A stretch of 58,265 bases of DNA from Patescibacteria group bacterium (GTDB lineage: Bacteria > Patescibacteriota > Minisyncoccia > Phycocordibacterales > UBA918). The DNA lies in assembly GCA_038065355.1 (NCBI GenBank), contig JBBTRC010000007.1:118580-176844 (forward strand), read 5' to 3'. Positions 18,352 to 27,048 of this stretch are shown here, one piece after another. The stretch's first letter is position 1; every line of letters starts with the position of its first letter. Under the pieces are notes generated by a model that saw only the letters and a list, made by a program, of their open reading frames with translations, was not told the DNA's origin and did no database searches. Made by a program: the position numbers and the translations under genes.

Positions 18352-18855
18352 TTAAAAAACAAATAATATGGCCAAAGGGAGCAAAAGCCACCAGAAGAAG
18401 GATTGCTCGGGTGCGAAGAGCGATTGGATAGGGGTGCCTGGGGTAAGGAATTCCGTCACTGGAAGCACATGGAAGCTAAAGATCATGACGAGCACTGTTG
18501 CGGCTCCGGCTAAGAGGAATTTTTTGCCTAAGGTCTCGATTTTTTTCTCTCGGAATTCGTCTGGCATGATGCGGAAAGAGAGCCAGGTGGTAATAAGTGT
18601 GAACAGGCCAAAAAGTGCCAGTTTGGCCGCCGCGACTGATTCACCACTGTTGAGGTGTCCCAAAAGTTGCTCATAGTACGGAAATTCGAGCGAAATGAGG
18701 AGCGCCAAATAGAGCCCAATGATAAGGTTGATGATTGCCTGCCGTCCCATAAACACCGCAATTGTAAACATGATGCCAAACACAACGAGCAGGTAGGCAA
18801 TCTCAGACAAAAAGCCCAAAATGATGGCGGTATCCATTCTGTAAGTATAAAACAC
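18352..18855 (-). CDS. hypothetical integral membrane protein (167 aa)
   Basis: Four to five hydrophobic helices. No recognised motifs. Confidence 0.55.
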   Translation of the reverse strand: MFYTYRMDTAIILGFLSEIAYLLVVFGIMFTIAVFMGRQAIINLIIGLYLALLISLEFPYYEQLLGHLNSGESVAAAKLALFGLFTLITTWLSFRIMPDEFREKKIETLGKKFLLAGAATVLVMIFSFHVLPVTEFLTPGTPIQSLFAPEQSFFWWLLLPLAILFVF

Positions 18856-18891
18856 TCGCGAGCGTTAAAGTGTGTTTAAGCACAGGAAAGT

Positions 18892-18917
18892 TAGCGCACC
18901 CATAAATGGGTGCGCTA
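18892..18917 (-). terminator. hairpin downstream of dnaJ (probable terminator)
   Basis: Perfect 11-bp stem tagcgcaccca / tgggtgcgcta with a 4-nt loop, 15 nt after the dnaJ stop. The T-run is stronger on the plus side than on the minus side. Confidence 0.5.
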
Positions 18918-18931
18918 GCGATATTTTTTGT

Positions 18932-19993
18932 CTAAATCCCCTCTTTGCGCAGCTCCTCGACGAGTTGCTCGGCCTTCTTTGAAAGCTTTTTCGGAGTTTC
19001 GATGGAAATTTTCACCATGAAGTCACCGCGGCCGCGTTCGCTCGGCACGCCCTTTTCTTTGATCCGAATAAGTTCCCCGTGTGCGATACCGGCTGGGATT
19101 TTGATTTCGACGATGCCGTCAAGTGTCTCTATTTTATATGTATTGCCTAGGAGTGCGTCGGTAAGTTTGATTGGAAGGGTGGAAGAAAGTGTAGTGCCTT
19201 CTCGTCGAATTGTCTTGTGTGGTTCGACATGTACTTTGATGTAGAGGTCACCGGGTTGGCCGTGTGGCATTGCTTCGCCGCGACCGGTCAAACGGATGAC
19301 CTCCCCGCTTTGTATGCCGGCCGGTACCTTAATGGTAATTTCTTCCTGTGTCTTGGTCACGCCAACACCGGCACAGTAAGAGCATTTTTCCTTGGGAACT
19401 TTTCCAATGCCATGACAGACACTACACTCGCGTACCGTCGTAAAACTACCCATAATGCTCTGTCTTGTTTCTCGTACTTTGCCGTTACCGCCACAGGTCG
19501 TGCAGTTTGTCATTTCAGTACCGGCCTTGGCCCCTGTGCCGCTACAGTGCACGCAGGTGTTGTTTTTAGTAATGAGGACTTTGCGCGTGACGCCAAAAAT
19601 AGATTCCTTGAAGTTGAGATTGATATCAATTGAAACATCTCGTCCACGCTGGACACGAGTACCGGTGCCAAAGCCAAAGTTTTCGAAAATGTCATTGAGG
19701 TCAAACTCAAAACCTTGCGCACCAAAACCGCCGGTCTGTTGGAAGTCCTGCCAGTTAAAATTGCCGCCTGGGCCGCCGGCACCGCTGAATGCATGGCCGT
19801 AGGCGTCATATTCGGCTTTTCTTTTGTCGTCGCCCAAGACCGCGTACGCCTCAGTTACTTCTTTGTATCTTTCTTCGTCGCCAGTCTTTTTGTCGGGGTG
19901 ATATTTTGCCGCGAGTTTCCTAAAGGCTTTTTTGACCTCTTCTTTAGTGGCGCCGCGTTGAAGACCCAATATTTGATAGTAATCTTTATTCAT
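18932..19993 (-). CDS. dnaJ: chaperone DnaJ
   Basis: J domain (DYYQILGL … YHPDK), G-rich linker and four CxxCxGxG zinc-finger repeats. Confidence 0.92.
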   Translation of the reverse strand: MNKDYYQILGLQRGATKEEVKKAFRKLAAKYHPDKKTGDEERYKEVTEAYAVLGDDKRKAEYDAYGHAFSGAGGPGGNFNWQDFQQTGGFGAQGFEFDLNDIFENFGFGTGTRVQRGRDVSIDINLNFKESIFGVTRKVLITKNNTCVHCSGTGAKAGTEMTNCTTCGGNGKVRETRQSIMGSFTTVRECSVCHGIGKVPKEKCSYCAGVGVTKTQEEITIKVPAGIQSGEVIRLTGRGEAMPHGQPGDLYIKVHVEPHKTIRREGTTLSSTLPIKLTDALLGNTYKIETLDGIVEIKIPAGIAHGELIRIKEKGVPSERGRGDFMVKISIETPKKLSKKAEQLVEELRKEGI

Positions 19994-20019
19994 AGTGGTA
20001 TCTTAACGGCGTCCAGGAA

Positions 20020-20078
20020 TTTGCGCTAGGAAAGGCGCAAATTCGGACGTAAATTCACAATAATCGCTCCCGCTCATT
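20020..20078 (-). repeat. structured hairpin repeat, copy B
   Basis: Minus-strand RNA: AGCGAUUAUUGUGAAUUUA, then CGUCC, the 10-bp stem GAAUUUGCGC/GCGCAAAUUC, a CU bulge, then GGACG. Confidence 0.6.
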
Positions 20079-20156
20079 TGTTCACTTAAGTCCTTGTTCA
20101 TAATATATTCTGCATTGCCAATCATACACAATGCTGGTGGTCTCGCAACCTTTGAT

Positions 20157-20217
20157 CGTCCAGCGATTCTGGGCGTGATAAAGCCCAAAACCGGGACGTA
20201 AATTCACAATAATCGCT
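20157..20217 (-). repeat. structured hairpin repeat, copy C
   Basis: Same architecture. The 11-bp stem CGGUUUUGGGC/GCCCAGAAUCG has two G-U wobbles that pair only on the minus-strand transcript. Confidence 0.6.
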
Positions 20218-20273
20218 TCGCTCTTTCGTTCATTTGATAATTGCATAAAGACAGTGGCGGCGCAACAAATGAA

Positions 20274-20334
20274 GGTGTTGGGGCGATGGGTGCGCTGCCC
20301 CAACACCGCCCTTCACAAACAGCGCACCCATCGC
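20274..20334 (-). other. interleaved perfect stems just downstream of the dnaK stop (alternative hairpins or pseudoknot)
   Basis: The 10-bp pair ggtgttgggg/ccccaacacc and the 15-bp pair gcgatgggtgcgctg/cagcgcacccatcgc are interdigitated. Confidence 0.5.
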
Positions 20335-20347
20335 GCGTCCCTACACA

Positions 20348-22216
20348 CTACGCGTCGTGCACTTTTGGTTCGCCCTCTGATTTGTCGTTTTGTGTACCGG
20401 GCTCTCCTTCGGCCGCCGCTTTCTGCATGATTTCTCCGATCTTTTGCAGTTCGGTTGAAAGCGCATGCGTGGCGCTTTCGATTGCGCTTTTCTCATCTTT
20501 GTCTTTAGCTTCTTTCAGCTCTTTAATTTTTGTCTCGATTCCTGATTTGGTATCGGCCGGAATATCCTTCTCGTGGTCTTTTAAGGACTTTTCAGCTGTG
20601 TAGATCATTTGCTCAGCCACGTTACGTGTATCAATCAGCTCCTTCTTTTTTGTATCTTCTGACGCGTGCTCCTCGGCGTCTTTCTTCATGCGTTCAATGT
20701 CTGCGTCTGAAAGACCGGAGTTCGCTTCAATGCGAATTGATTGTTCTTTGCCAGTGGTTTTATCTTTCGCGGTGACGTTGAGTACGCCGTTGCTGTCAAC
20801 GTCGAATGTGACCTCGATTTGCGGTACACCACGCGGTGCTGGCGGAATACCACCAAGCACAAAGCGCCCGAGTGACTTATTATCATTTGCCATTGGCCTC
20901 TCACCTTGCACAATATGGATTTCAGTTGATGTCTGATTGTCGGCAGCAGTCGAAAACACCTGCTGTTTCCTGGTAGGAATATGTGTATTTTTTTCAATCA
21001 ATTTTGTGTTCACGCTACCCATGGTTTCGATACCAAGTGAAAGCGGAATCACATCAACGAGGGTAATATCTTGTACGTCACCTTGGAAAATACCGGCTTG
21101 AATCGCCGCGCCGAGCGCTACCACTTCGTCCGGGTTGATGGTTCGGTTTGGCTCTTTGCCAAACAGCGACTTTACCGCGTTTTGAATAGCGGGCATGCGG
21201 GTCTGTCCACCGACCAGAATGATTTCGTCAATTTCTTCTTTTTTAAGGCCGGACGCTTCGAGTGCGCGCTTGGTAATTTCGATTGATTTATCGACAAATT
21301 CGTGGGCGATTTCTTCCAGCTTGGCGCGTGTAAGTTTGACATCCATGTGGAGCGGACCGTCCGCCCCTTGAGAAATAAATGGGATGTTGATGTCAGTTTC
21401 GTTGGTGGAAGAAAGTTCGTGTTTGGCTTTTTCAGCCGCTTCATCGAGACGCTGTAGCGCCAACTTATCTTTGGAAAGATCGACACCATTATTCTTTTTG
21501 AATGCCTCAATCAAGAAGCGTACGATGCCCTGGTCGATATCGCGGCCGCCCATGTGCGCGTCACCATCGGTCGATTGCACCTCTACTACGTCATCACCGA
21601 CTTCAAGTACTGTGACGTCAAAGGTGCCACCGCCGAAGTCGTAGACGATAATCTTTTCGTCTTTTTTCTTGTTAAAACCGTACGCCAGCGCCGCCGCGGT
21701 CGGTTCATTAATGATTCGTCTTACTTCAAGGCCGGCGATTTTACCAGCGTCTTGGGTGGCTTTGCGCTGGGAGTCGTTGAAATAGGCCGGCACCGTGATG
21801 ACCGCCTCGGTGATTTTTTCGCCCAATTTTGCTTCAGCGTCAGTTTTGAGCTTTGTCAGGATCATGGCCGACACTTCCTCCGGCCGGTATTCTTTGCCGT
21901 CCATAAGAACGACTGCGCCGCCATCACTTCCCTTTTTCACCTCATACGGCACGATGGCTTTGTCTTTCTGCACAGCCTCTTCTTCGTAGGTATGGCCCAT
22001 GAAACGCTTGATTCCGTAGATGGTGTTGGTCGGGTTTGTGACCGCTTGGCGTTTGGCTATTTGGCCCACGAGCCGCTCTTTTGTTTTTGAAATCGCTACT
22101 ATCGATGGAGTCGTTCGGTTTCCTTCGGAGTTTTCAATGATTCTCGGTTCACCAGCTTCGATGATTGCCACTGCTGAATTAGTAGTACCAAGATCTATAC
22201 CCAATATCTTACTCAT
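20348..22216 (-). CDS. dnaK: chaperone DnaK (Hsp70)
   Basis: 622-aa ORF with motifs GIDLGTTNS and [11 protein letters not shown]. Full-length Hsp70 architecture. Confidence 0.95.
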   Translation of the reverse strand: MSKILGIDLGTTNSAVAIIEAGEPRIIENSEGNRTTPSIVAISKTKERLVGQIAKRQAVTNPTNTIYGIKRFMGHTYEEEAVQKDKAIVPYEVKKGSDGGAVVLMDGKEYRPEEVSAMILTKLKTDAEAKLGEKITEAVITVPAYFNDSQRKATQDAGKIAGLEVRRIINEPTAAALAYGFNKKKDEKIIVYDFGGGTFDVTVLEVGDDVVEVQSTDGDAHMGGRDIDQGIVRFLIEAFKKNNGVDLSKDKLALQRLDEAAEKAKHELSSTNETDINIPFISQGADGPLHMDVKLTRAKLEEIAHEFVDKSIEITKRALEASGLKKEEIDEIILVGGQTRMPAIQNAVKSLFGKEPNRTINPDEVVALGAAIQAGIFQGDVQDITLVDVIPLSLGIETMGSVNTKLIEKNTHIPTRKQQVFSTAADNQTSTEIHIVQGERPMANDNKSLGRFVLGGIPPAPRGVPQIEVTFDVDSNGVLNVTAKDKTTGKEQSIRIEANSGLSDADIERMKKDAEEHASEDTKKKELIDTRNVAEQMIYTAEKSLKDHEKDIPADTKSGIETKIKELKEAKDKDEKSAIESATHALSTELQKIGEIMQKAAAEGEPGTQNDKSEGEPKVHDA

Positions 22217-22239
22217 ATAATTCCAAAATTTATTAAATT

Positions 22240-22839
22240 CTATTTCGCCAACTCACCGATTGTTACGCGAGCCGGCCTAATTACTTCCACCCGGTCTCCG
22301 ACTGCTATCTCGTAGCCTTGTTGGACGACTTTAGTGACCGTGTGATCGAGAGCCTTATCCGTGACTGCTTCGGTGCCAATCGCTTCGTGTCGGTAGGGGT
22401 CAAAAGGCTCGTGGAGCGGATGTATGATCTTTACACCGTACGAACCCAGCAGCTGTTTCAGTTGGTTGTGTATCCCCTCAATGCCGGCGCGCCATGCCTT
22501 GTCGGCCCTTTCCCACGCCTCCTCGTCACGCATTGCCATCTCAAAACTGTCACACAAGGGCAAAAGTTCTTCAATGTGCTGTTTTCTGTGGCGAATCTTG
22601 TCGAGTGAACGTTCTTCGTCAAGTCGTTTACGAGCGTTCAAAAAGTCAGCTTTTGCGCGTTGTAAGTCGTCTTGGAGTGTGCGCTTCTCAGCCTCGGTTT
22701 CGGTCAGTTTGTGTCGCAGGGTTTTAATTTTGTCTGCTTCGCGCGCTTCTTCGTCAATTATTTCAAGGTCGTCGTCTCTGACATCGTTGGTGATTTCTTC
22801 CTTCCCCATGTTTTCATCTTCATGTGTGTGATTCACCAT
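22240..22839 (-). CDS. grpE: nucleotide exchange factor GrpE
   Basis: 199-aa ORF with an acidic N-terminus, a coiled coil and a GrpE C-terminal beta domain (…[18 protein letters not shown]). Lies upstream of dnaK. Confidence 0.88.
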   Translation of the reverse strand: MVNHTHEDENMGKEEITNDVRDDDLEIIDEEAREADKIKTLRHKLTETEAEKRTLQDDLQRAKADFLNARKRLDEERSLDKIRHRKQHIEELLPLCDSFEMAMRDEEAWERADKAWRAGIEGIHNQLKQLLGSYGVKIIHPLHEPFDPYRHEAIGTEAVTDKALDHTVTKVVQQGYEIAVGDRVEVIRPARVTIGELAK

Positions 22840-22848
22840 ACGGGCAGC

Positions 22849-22877
22849 ATTATAAATCTAAAAAACCTGTGTGTCAA
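22849..22877 (-). promoter_or_regulatory. consensus sigma70 promoter TTGACA-17-TATAAT for grpE-dnaK-dnaJ
   Basis: On the minus strand the sequence reads TTGACA cacaggttttttagatt TATAAT. The -10 box ends 9 nt before the grpE ATG at 22839. Confidence 0.7.
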
Positions 22878-22900
22878 AGCACGCACATAAAATATTCTAT

Positions 22901-22989
22901 CCCTCATCACATATTTTGAGCGGCCGCGGGAATACAGTGCCTGTAATGGTGACCGAGCATCGAAGCGTGTGAAAATATGTGATAGAGGG
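22901..22989. repeat. long inverted repeat (17/18-nt arms, 54-nt spacer)
   Basis: ccctcatcacatatttt (22901-22917) pairs with aaaatatgtgatagaggg (22972-22989) with one bulged base. Lies directly upstream of the grpE -35 box. Confidence 0.6.
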
Positions 22990-23377
22990 ATACGCCAACA
23001 CATGAATGATTGACATAGGTTTATTTTTGATTTGTAGGAAATTTTTTGTCGAGAAAAACTTTAATTACAAGCACTTTGCCAGACTTTAATTTTTGTGTTG
23101 TGACTACTTTTTCACTTGCACGATTGCTATACTGTTTTTACCGCTTCAGCAATGAGGTGGGATGTCGCCGGGAAACTATCGCAAGATACAACCCGACACA
23201 GCTTGAACCACGAGAGTGATACATTGCAAAATATATCACTCTTAGTCCAAGGAGAATGATGGGGCTTGTGGCAAAAACAAAGAAGCTCTCGATGCTTCTA
23301 ATCCCGGAGGTGAGTTCCTAAGATTCGTCTTAAAGCTCAAACAGGACTAATTGTATAATTGGTTTCACCCATCATCT

Positions 23378-23403
23378 AAAAAACCGCCCACGGGCGGTTT
23401 TTT
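23378..23403. terminator. bidirectional Rho-independent terminator (ends the rplM-rpsI transcript)
   Basis: aaaaaa-ccgccc-ac-gggcgg-tttttt, located 24 nt after the rpsI stop. Confidence 0.8.
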
Positions 23404-23426
23404 AGTGTTTGAGACAAAGGTTTTCT

Positions 23427-23837
23427 TTATCGCTTTGACCAGGCTGGTCGCTTGCGAGCTTTTTTGAGGCCAAATTTCTTTCGTTCAACCGCGCGCGAGT
23501 CTCGCTTGAGGAAACCTGCGCTCTTAAGTGCGCCGCGACGAGAAGCTTTCTCTTGCACGAGTGCCCGAGCAATGCCAAGTCGGATGGCTTCTGCTTGAGC
23601 TGAAATTCCACCACCGAGTACATGGGCAGTAATATAGTAATGCTCTATGCCAGCATCTTTAGTCTCAAGAACAGACTGAAGATTTTTTTGGTGAGAGGCG
23701 TGTTTAAAGTAGTCAGACAGAGATTTTTCGTTTACTACAATCTCCGTGGCTGAAGCAGGCGTAAGACGCACGCGCGCGGTCGCAGATTTGCGTCGACCAA
23801 TCCCTTCTACGTAGGTTGATTTTTTTGCTGCAGACAT
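23427..23837 (-). CDS. rpsI: 30S ribosomal protein S9
   Basis: 136-aa ORF with the basic C-terminus …KKARKRPAWSKR, downstream of rplM. Confidence 0.92.
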   Translation of the reverse strand: MSAAKKSTYVEGIGRRKSATARVRLTPASATEIVVNEKSLSDYFKHASHQKNLQSVLETKDAGIEHYYITAHVLGGGISAQAEAIRLGIARALVQEKASRRGALKSAGFLKRDSRAVERKKFGLKKARKRPAWSKR

Positions 23838-23841
23838 ACGG

Positions 23842-24198
23842 TTATTCGGAAATTATAAGTTGTTTCAAAAGTTGCTTTTTGTGTTTGTTGGTTGGAAGCA
23901 TACCACCGATAGTACGGCGCAGTACTTCCGCGTACCCCTGGCGTTTGGCAAGATGGATCAATGTTTCAAGTCTGCGGCCACCTGGGTAGCCGGAATAGGT
24001 TTGGAACACGGACGCTTCTTTCTTCTCAGAAATATCGAGTTGGCTGGCGTTTTTAATTTCAACGCTCATGTCAGACTTAATATGCTTTGAAAAAGTTGGT
24101 TCAGTTTTTCCAAGCAACACAGAAGCCGCTTCCGTTGCTACCTTGCCGAGACGTTTCCCGGCCGCGTCTATAGTGTAAATGTTAGTTTCAGTGGCCAT
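23842..24198 (-). CDS. rplM: 50S ribosomal protein L13 (short form, 118 aa)
   Basis: Recognisable L13 core (IDAAGKRLGKVAT… YSGYPGG…) and the canonical rplM-rpsI pairing. Confidence 0.85.
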   Translation of the reverse strand: MATETNIYTIDAAGKRLGKVATEAASVLLGKTEPTFSKHIKSDMSVEIKNASQLDISEKKEASVFQTYSGYPGGRRLETLIHLAKRQGYAEVLRRTIGGMLPTNKHKKQLLKQLIISE

Positions 24199-24203
24199 AA
24201 TCG

Positions 24204-24560
24204 TTATTCAACAAATGAAATGATCGCTTCCTCGCGGCCCGGTGAGGTATGACCGAGCTTTACAATGCGCGTATAGCCTCCCTTGCGATCCTTAAAGCGC
24301 GGAGCGATTTCGGAAAATAGTTTGGCTACGGAAGCGGTCTGTGTCACACCGAGTCGAGAAGCCACGGCGCGGCGCGCCTGTATGTCACCTTTTTTTGCAA
24401 AGGTAACCAGACGTTCAACTCGTGGTTGTAGTTCTTTGGCTTTGGCCAAAGTGGTTTTGATTTGTCCGTCGCGAATAAGAGACACAGCCAAACCGCGGAT
24501 CAAAGCAGTGCGTTGATCGCGTGAGCGGCTTAATGTTCGGTTTTTGTTTGCGTGTCTCAT
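24204..24560 (-). CDS. rplQ: 50S ribosomal protein L17
   Basis: MRHANKNRTLSRSRDQRTALIRGL… is a typical L17 N-terminus. Follows rpoA. Confidence 0.92.
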   Translation of the reverse strand: MRHANKNRTLSRSRDQRTALIRGLAVSLIRDGQIKTTLAKAKELQPRVERLVTFAKKGDIQARRAVASRLGVTQTASVAKLFSEIAPRFKDRKGGYTRIVKLGHTSPGREEAIISFVE

Positions 24561-24566
24561 GTTGTG

Positions 24567-25529
24567 TTACTCAGCGAGGCTTAACCCAAATTTTTTGAGC
24601 AGCTCCTCAACTTCCTCGAGCCCTTTCGGGCCAATGCCATCGAGCGCAAGAATATCATCTTTTTTCTTTCGCACAAGGCCGCCGACCGTCCGGATGCTGG
24701 CGTCTTCGAGCGCTTGTAGAGTCCGACTGGTGAGATCAAGGGTCTCAATTCGCGTTTTTAAAACTTCCTGATCAGGAGCATCTTTTTTTGTTTCTTCAGA
24801 CGGAGCGGCTTTTGGAGCCGTTGCTTCGGATATTTGCTCTTGGAAACCTATAACTGCTTTGAGCTGGTGGATCATAATCTCAATAGATTTCTCAAGTGCT
24901 TGACGAGCAGTGTAAGTGCCGTCTGTTTCGATAATCACACGCAAGCGGTTGTAGTCGGTGCGATCTCCGACGCGCATGTTTTCTACCTCGTAGTTGGCAC
25001 GGCGGATTGGCGTGAAGACCGCGTCCATCGCGATAGTGCCGATTTCAACTTTGTCTTTTTGATGTACTTCGCGCGGGACGTACCCTAATCCCTTCTCAAC
25101 CTTCATCTCGATATCAAGTTTGGTTGATTTGCTGGTAATTTCTGCGATGTGTTCATCGGTGCTCAAAATTTCAATCTGGGTAGGAGCGGTGATGTCGCCG
25201 GCAGTGACAGTACCAATACCGTTTGCCTTGAGTGTCATTGTGACTGGTTCGTCGCCATGGAGCGCCAAGCGAATTCGGCGCAAGTTGAGCAGAATGGTGA
25301 TCACGTCTTCTTTGACACCGTCAATAACAGAAAATTCGTGTTCAATACCGTTGATTTTTACTTGCGTGATAGCAGCTCCAGGCAGTGAAGACAGGATAAT
25401 GCGACGAAGAGAGTTACCGAGCGTGTGACCGTACCCAGGGTAAAGGCCGTCAATTTCGAAAATTCCATGGTTGTCTTCTTCTTTTACAACCCGTGGCTTT
25501 GAAGGTAGTGTGACATTTGTTTCCAACAT
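24567..25529 (-). CDS. rpoA: DNA-directed RNA polymerase subunit alpha
   Basis: 320-aa ORF with GHTLGNSLRRILLSS, plus a C-terminal HhH domain (LDLTSRTLQALEDASIRTVGGL). Confidence 0.93.
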   Translation of the reverse strand: MLETNVTLPSKPRVVKEEDNHGIFEIDGLYPGYGHTLGNSLRRIILSSLPGAAITQVKINGIEHEFSVIDGVKEDVITILLNLRRIRLALHGDEPVTMTLKANGIGTVTAGDITAPTQIEILSTDEHIAEITSKSTKLDIEMKVEKGLGYVPREVHQKDKVEIGTIAMDAVFTPIRRANYEVENMRVGDRTDYNRLRVIIETDGTYTARQALEKSIEIMIHQLKAVIGFQEQISEATAPKAAPSEETKKDAPDQEVLKTRIETLDLTSRTLQALEDASIRTVGGLVRKKKDDILALDGIGPKGLEEVEELLKKFGLSLAE

Positions 25530-25570
25530 AATTACGTTTGAAATTACTTTTTACTAAATCCTTCTCTCTA

Positions 25571-26182
25571 CTATCGACTGTAGAACTCCATTACCTGTTC
25601 AGGGTCAAACAGCGTTTCGGCGGGATTATACACAGGAGTTGCTTTGACGGTGCCTTCCATTTTCTTCGCATCAAAGGTAAGCCAGGCGGGCACGGCGGTT
25701 GGCTCGTGCTTCTCGGCAAGGTTGACGAACAGTCCACTTTGGCGGCTGCCCTCGCGGACAGAAATAACGTCACCGACTTCGACTTTGTGTGATGGGATAG
25801 TGTAGCGTGTGCCGTTTACACAAATGTGGCCGTGAGAAACTATTTGGCGAGCGAGGCGTCGTGTTTTTGCCAGGCCAAGCTTGTAGACCACATTATCGAG
25901 ACGGGAATCAAGTCGTTCCATCAAACTGATGACTGGCTTACTACCGACTTTTTCGATCGCTTCATCTACGTAACGGCGCAGTTGCTTTTCGGTGATGCCG
26001 TAGGTAAAGCGCATCTTCTGTTTTTCAATCAACTGCCGTTTGAAGTCGCTCATCTGTCCGGGACGTCGCGTAGTTTTTCTACCGCCGCGAGCCAGCGAAA
26101 GTTCAAATTTTTGAGATTGTGTTTTCTCAAAAATCGGAGCTCCGAGGCGTTTTGCAATTTTAAATTTAGGACCAATTTTCAT
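25571..26182 (-). CDS. rpsD: 30S ribosomal protein S4
   Basis: 203-aa ORF with an S4 RNA-binding domain (RLDNVVYKLGLAKTRRLARQIVSHGHICVNG). Confidence 0.92.
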   Translation of the reverse strand: MKIGPKFKIAKRLGAPIFEKTQSQKFELSLARGGRKTTRRPGQMSDFKRQLIEKQKMRFTYGITEKQLRRYVDEAIEKVGSKPVISLMERLDSRLDNVVYKLGLAKTRRLARQIVSHGHICVNGTRYTIPSHKVEVGDVISVREGSRQSGLFVNLAEKHEPTAVPAWLTFDAKKMEGTVKATPVYNPAETLFDPEQVMEFYSR

Positions 26183-26194
26183 ATACAGACAAAA

Positions 26195-26626
26195 TTAGAC
26201 ACGGCGTGGCTTGGGTGCACGAGGCCCGTTAAACGCCACCGGTGTCATATCGGTAATCTTGCTGATGCCGATACCCTTACCAGAAAAACCACGGAGAGCC
26301 GACTCGCGCCCAGCACCAACACCTCTCACGATCACTTCAGCCTCTTTCATTCCCATTTGCTGGGCTTTTTCGCCGATAACTTCGCCTACTTTGGCGGCCG
26401 CGAAAGGAGTGCTTTTACGAGAACCCTTAAAGCCGAGCGCTCCACTTGAAGCGGCCATGACAGTGTTCCCTTTGCTGTCGCACAGCGTTAAAATCGTGTT
26501 GTTAAAGGTAGCCATTATATTGAGCTTGCCAGTCACCATTTTCTTTTTTGGAATACGGTTGAGCGCACGAGAAGTTCCGGCTACGTCAGAACCTCCGCTC
26601 TTCTTCATAATTCGTTTCTTACCCAT
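26195..26626 (-). CDS. rpsK: 30S ribosomal protein S11
   Basis: 143-aa ORF with GFKGSRKSTPFAA and cluster context. Confidence 0.92.
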   Translation of the reverse strand: MGKKRIMKKSGGSDVAGTSRALNRIPKKKMVTGKLNIMATFNNTILTLCDSKGNTVMAASSGALGFKGSRKSTPFAAAKVGEVIGEKAQQMGMKEAEVIVRGVGAGRESALRGFSGKGIGISKITDMTPVAFNGPRAPKPRRV

Positions 26627-26654
26627 ATGTCGATTGGATTATGAACTAATAAAA

Positions 26655-27032
26655 CTACGTCTTTTCGAGCTTACGGCGACCACTGCCCATCGTCTTCTTC
26701 ACACCTTTAAGAGTGCGGGCGTTGGTTTTGGTGCGTTGCCCTCGCGCTGGCAAGCGTTTGGCGTGTCGGCTACCCCGATAGGAACCGATATCTTTGAGGC
26801 GCTTGATATTACCGGCTACTTCTCGCTTCAGTTCTCCCTCAATGCGGAAGCTTTCAATCTTCTCACGAATAGCGTTTTCTTGGTCAGTGGTAAGGTCAGG
26901 AACTTTCATTGATGGCAATATGTCAAGCTCTGATAAAATGCTGTTTGCACGTGACACACCAACGCCATGCACTGCGGTCAGTGCGTAAGCGAGTTGTTTG
27001 TTATCTGAAATTGTAACACCAGAAATTCTCAT
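26655..27032 (-). CDS. rpsM: 30S ribosomal protein S13
   Basis: 125-aa ORF with MRISGVTI… and RGQRTKTNARTLKG. Confidence 0.92.
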   Translation of the reverse strand: MRISGVTISDNKQLAYALTAVHGVGVSRANSILSELDILPSMKVPDLTTDQENAIREKIESFRIEGELKREVAGNIKRLKDIGSYRGSRHAKRLPARGQRTKTNARTLKGVKKTMGSGRRKLEKT

Positions 27033-27048
27033 AGAAATTTATTTACTA

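Noticed and set aside
23213-23242. AGAGTGATA-N12-TATCACTCT hairpin near the chaperone operon, considered as a CIRCE (HrcA) operator.
   Set aside because: The half-sites are in the everted order relative to CIRCE (TTAGCACTC-N9-GAGTGCTAA). The spacer is 12 nt rather than 9. It lies ~340 bp upstream of the grpE promoter, and no hrcA is present. I kept it only as part of the structured-spacer finding.
23842-24198. L13 is only 118 aa, versus ~142 aa in E. coli.
   Set aside because: The conserved core is intact and gene spacing leaves no room for a frameshifted extension. Shortened ribosomal proteins are expected in reduced genomes, so this is not evidence of a pseudogene.
26211-26912. Long antisense ORFs opposite real genes: a 233-aa ORF opposite rpsK/rpsM, plus others at 10333-10863, 21554-22090, 42756-43448, 44457-44984 and 53995-54591.
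   Set aside because: They lie fully inside strongly supported genes on the other strand, have low-complexity Ser/Arg/Pro-rich translations and lack SD sites. These are typical shadow ORFs.
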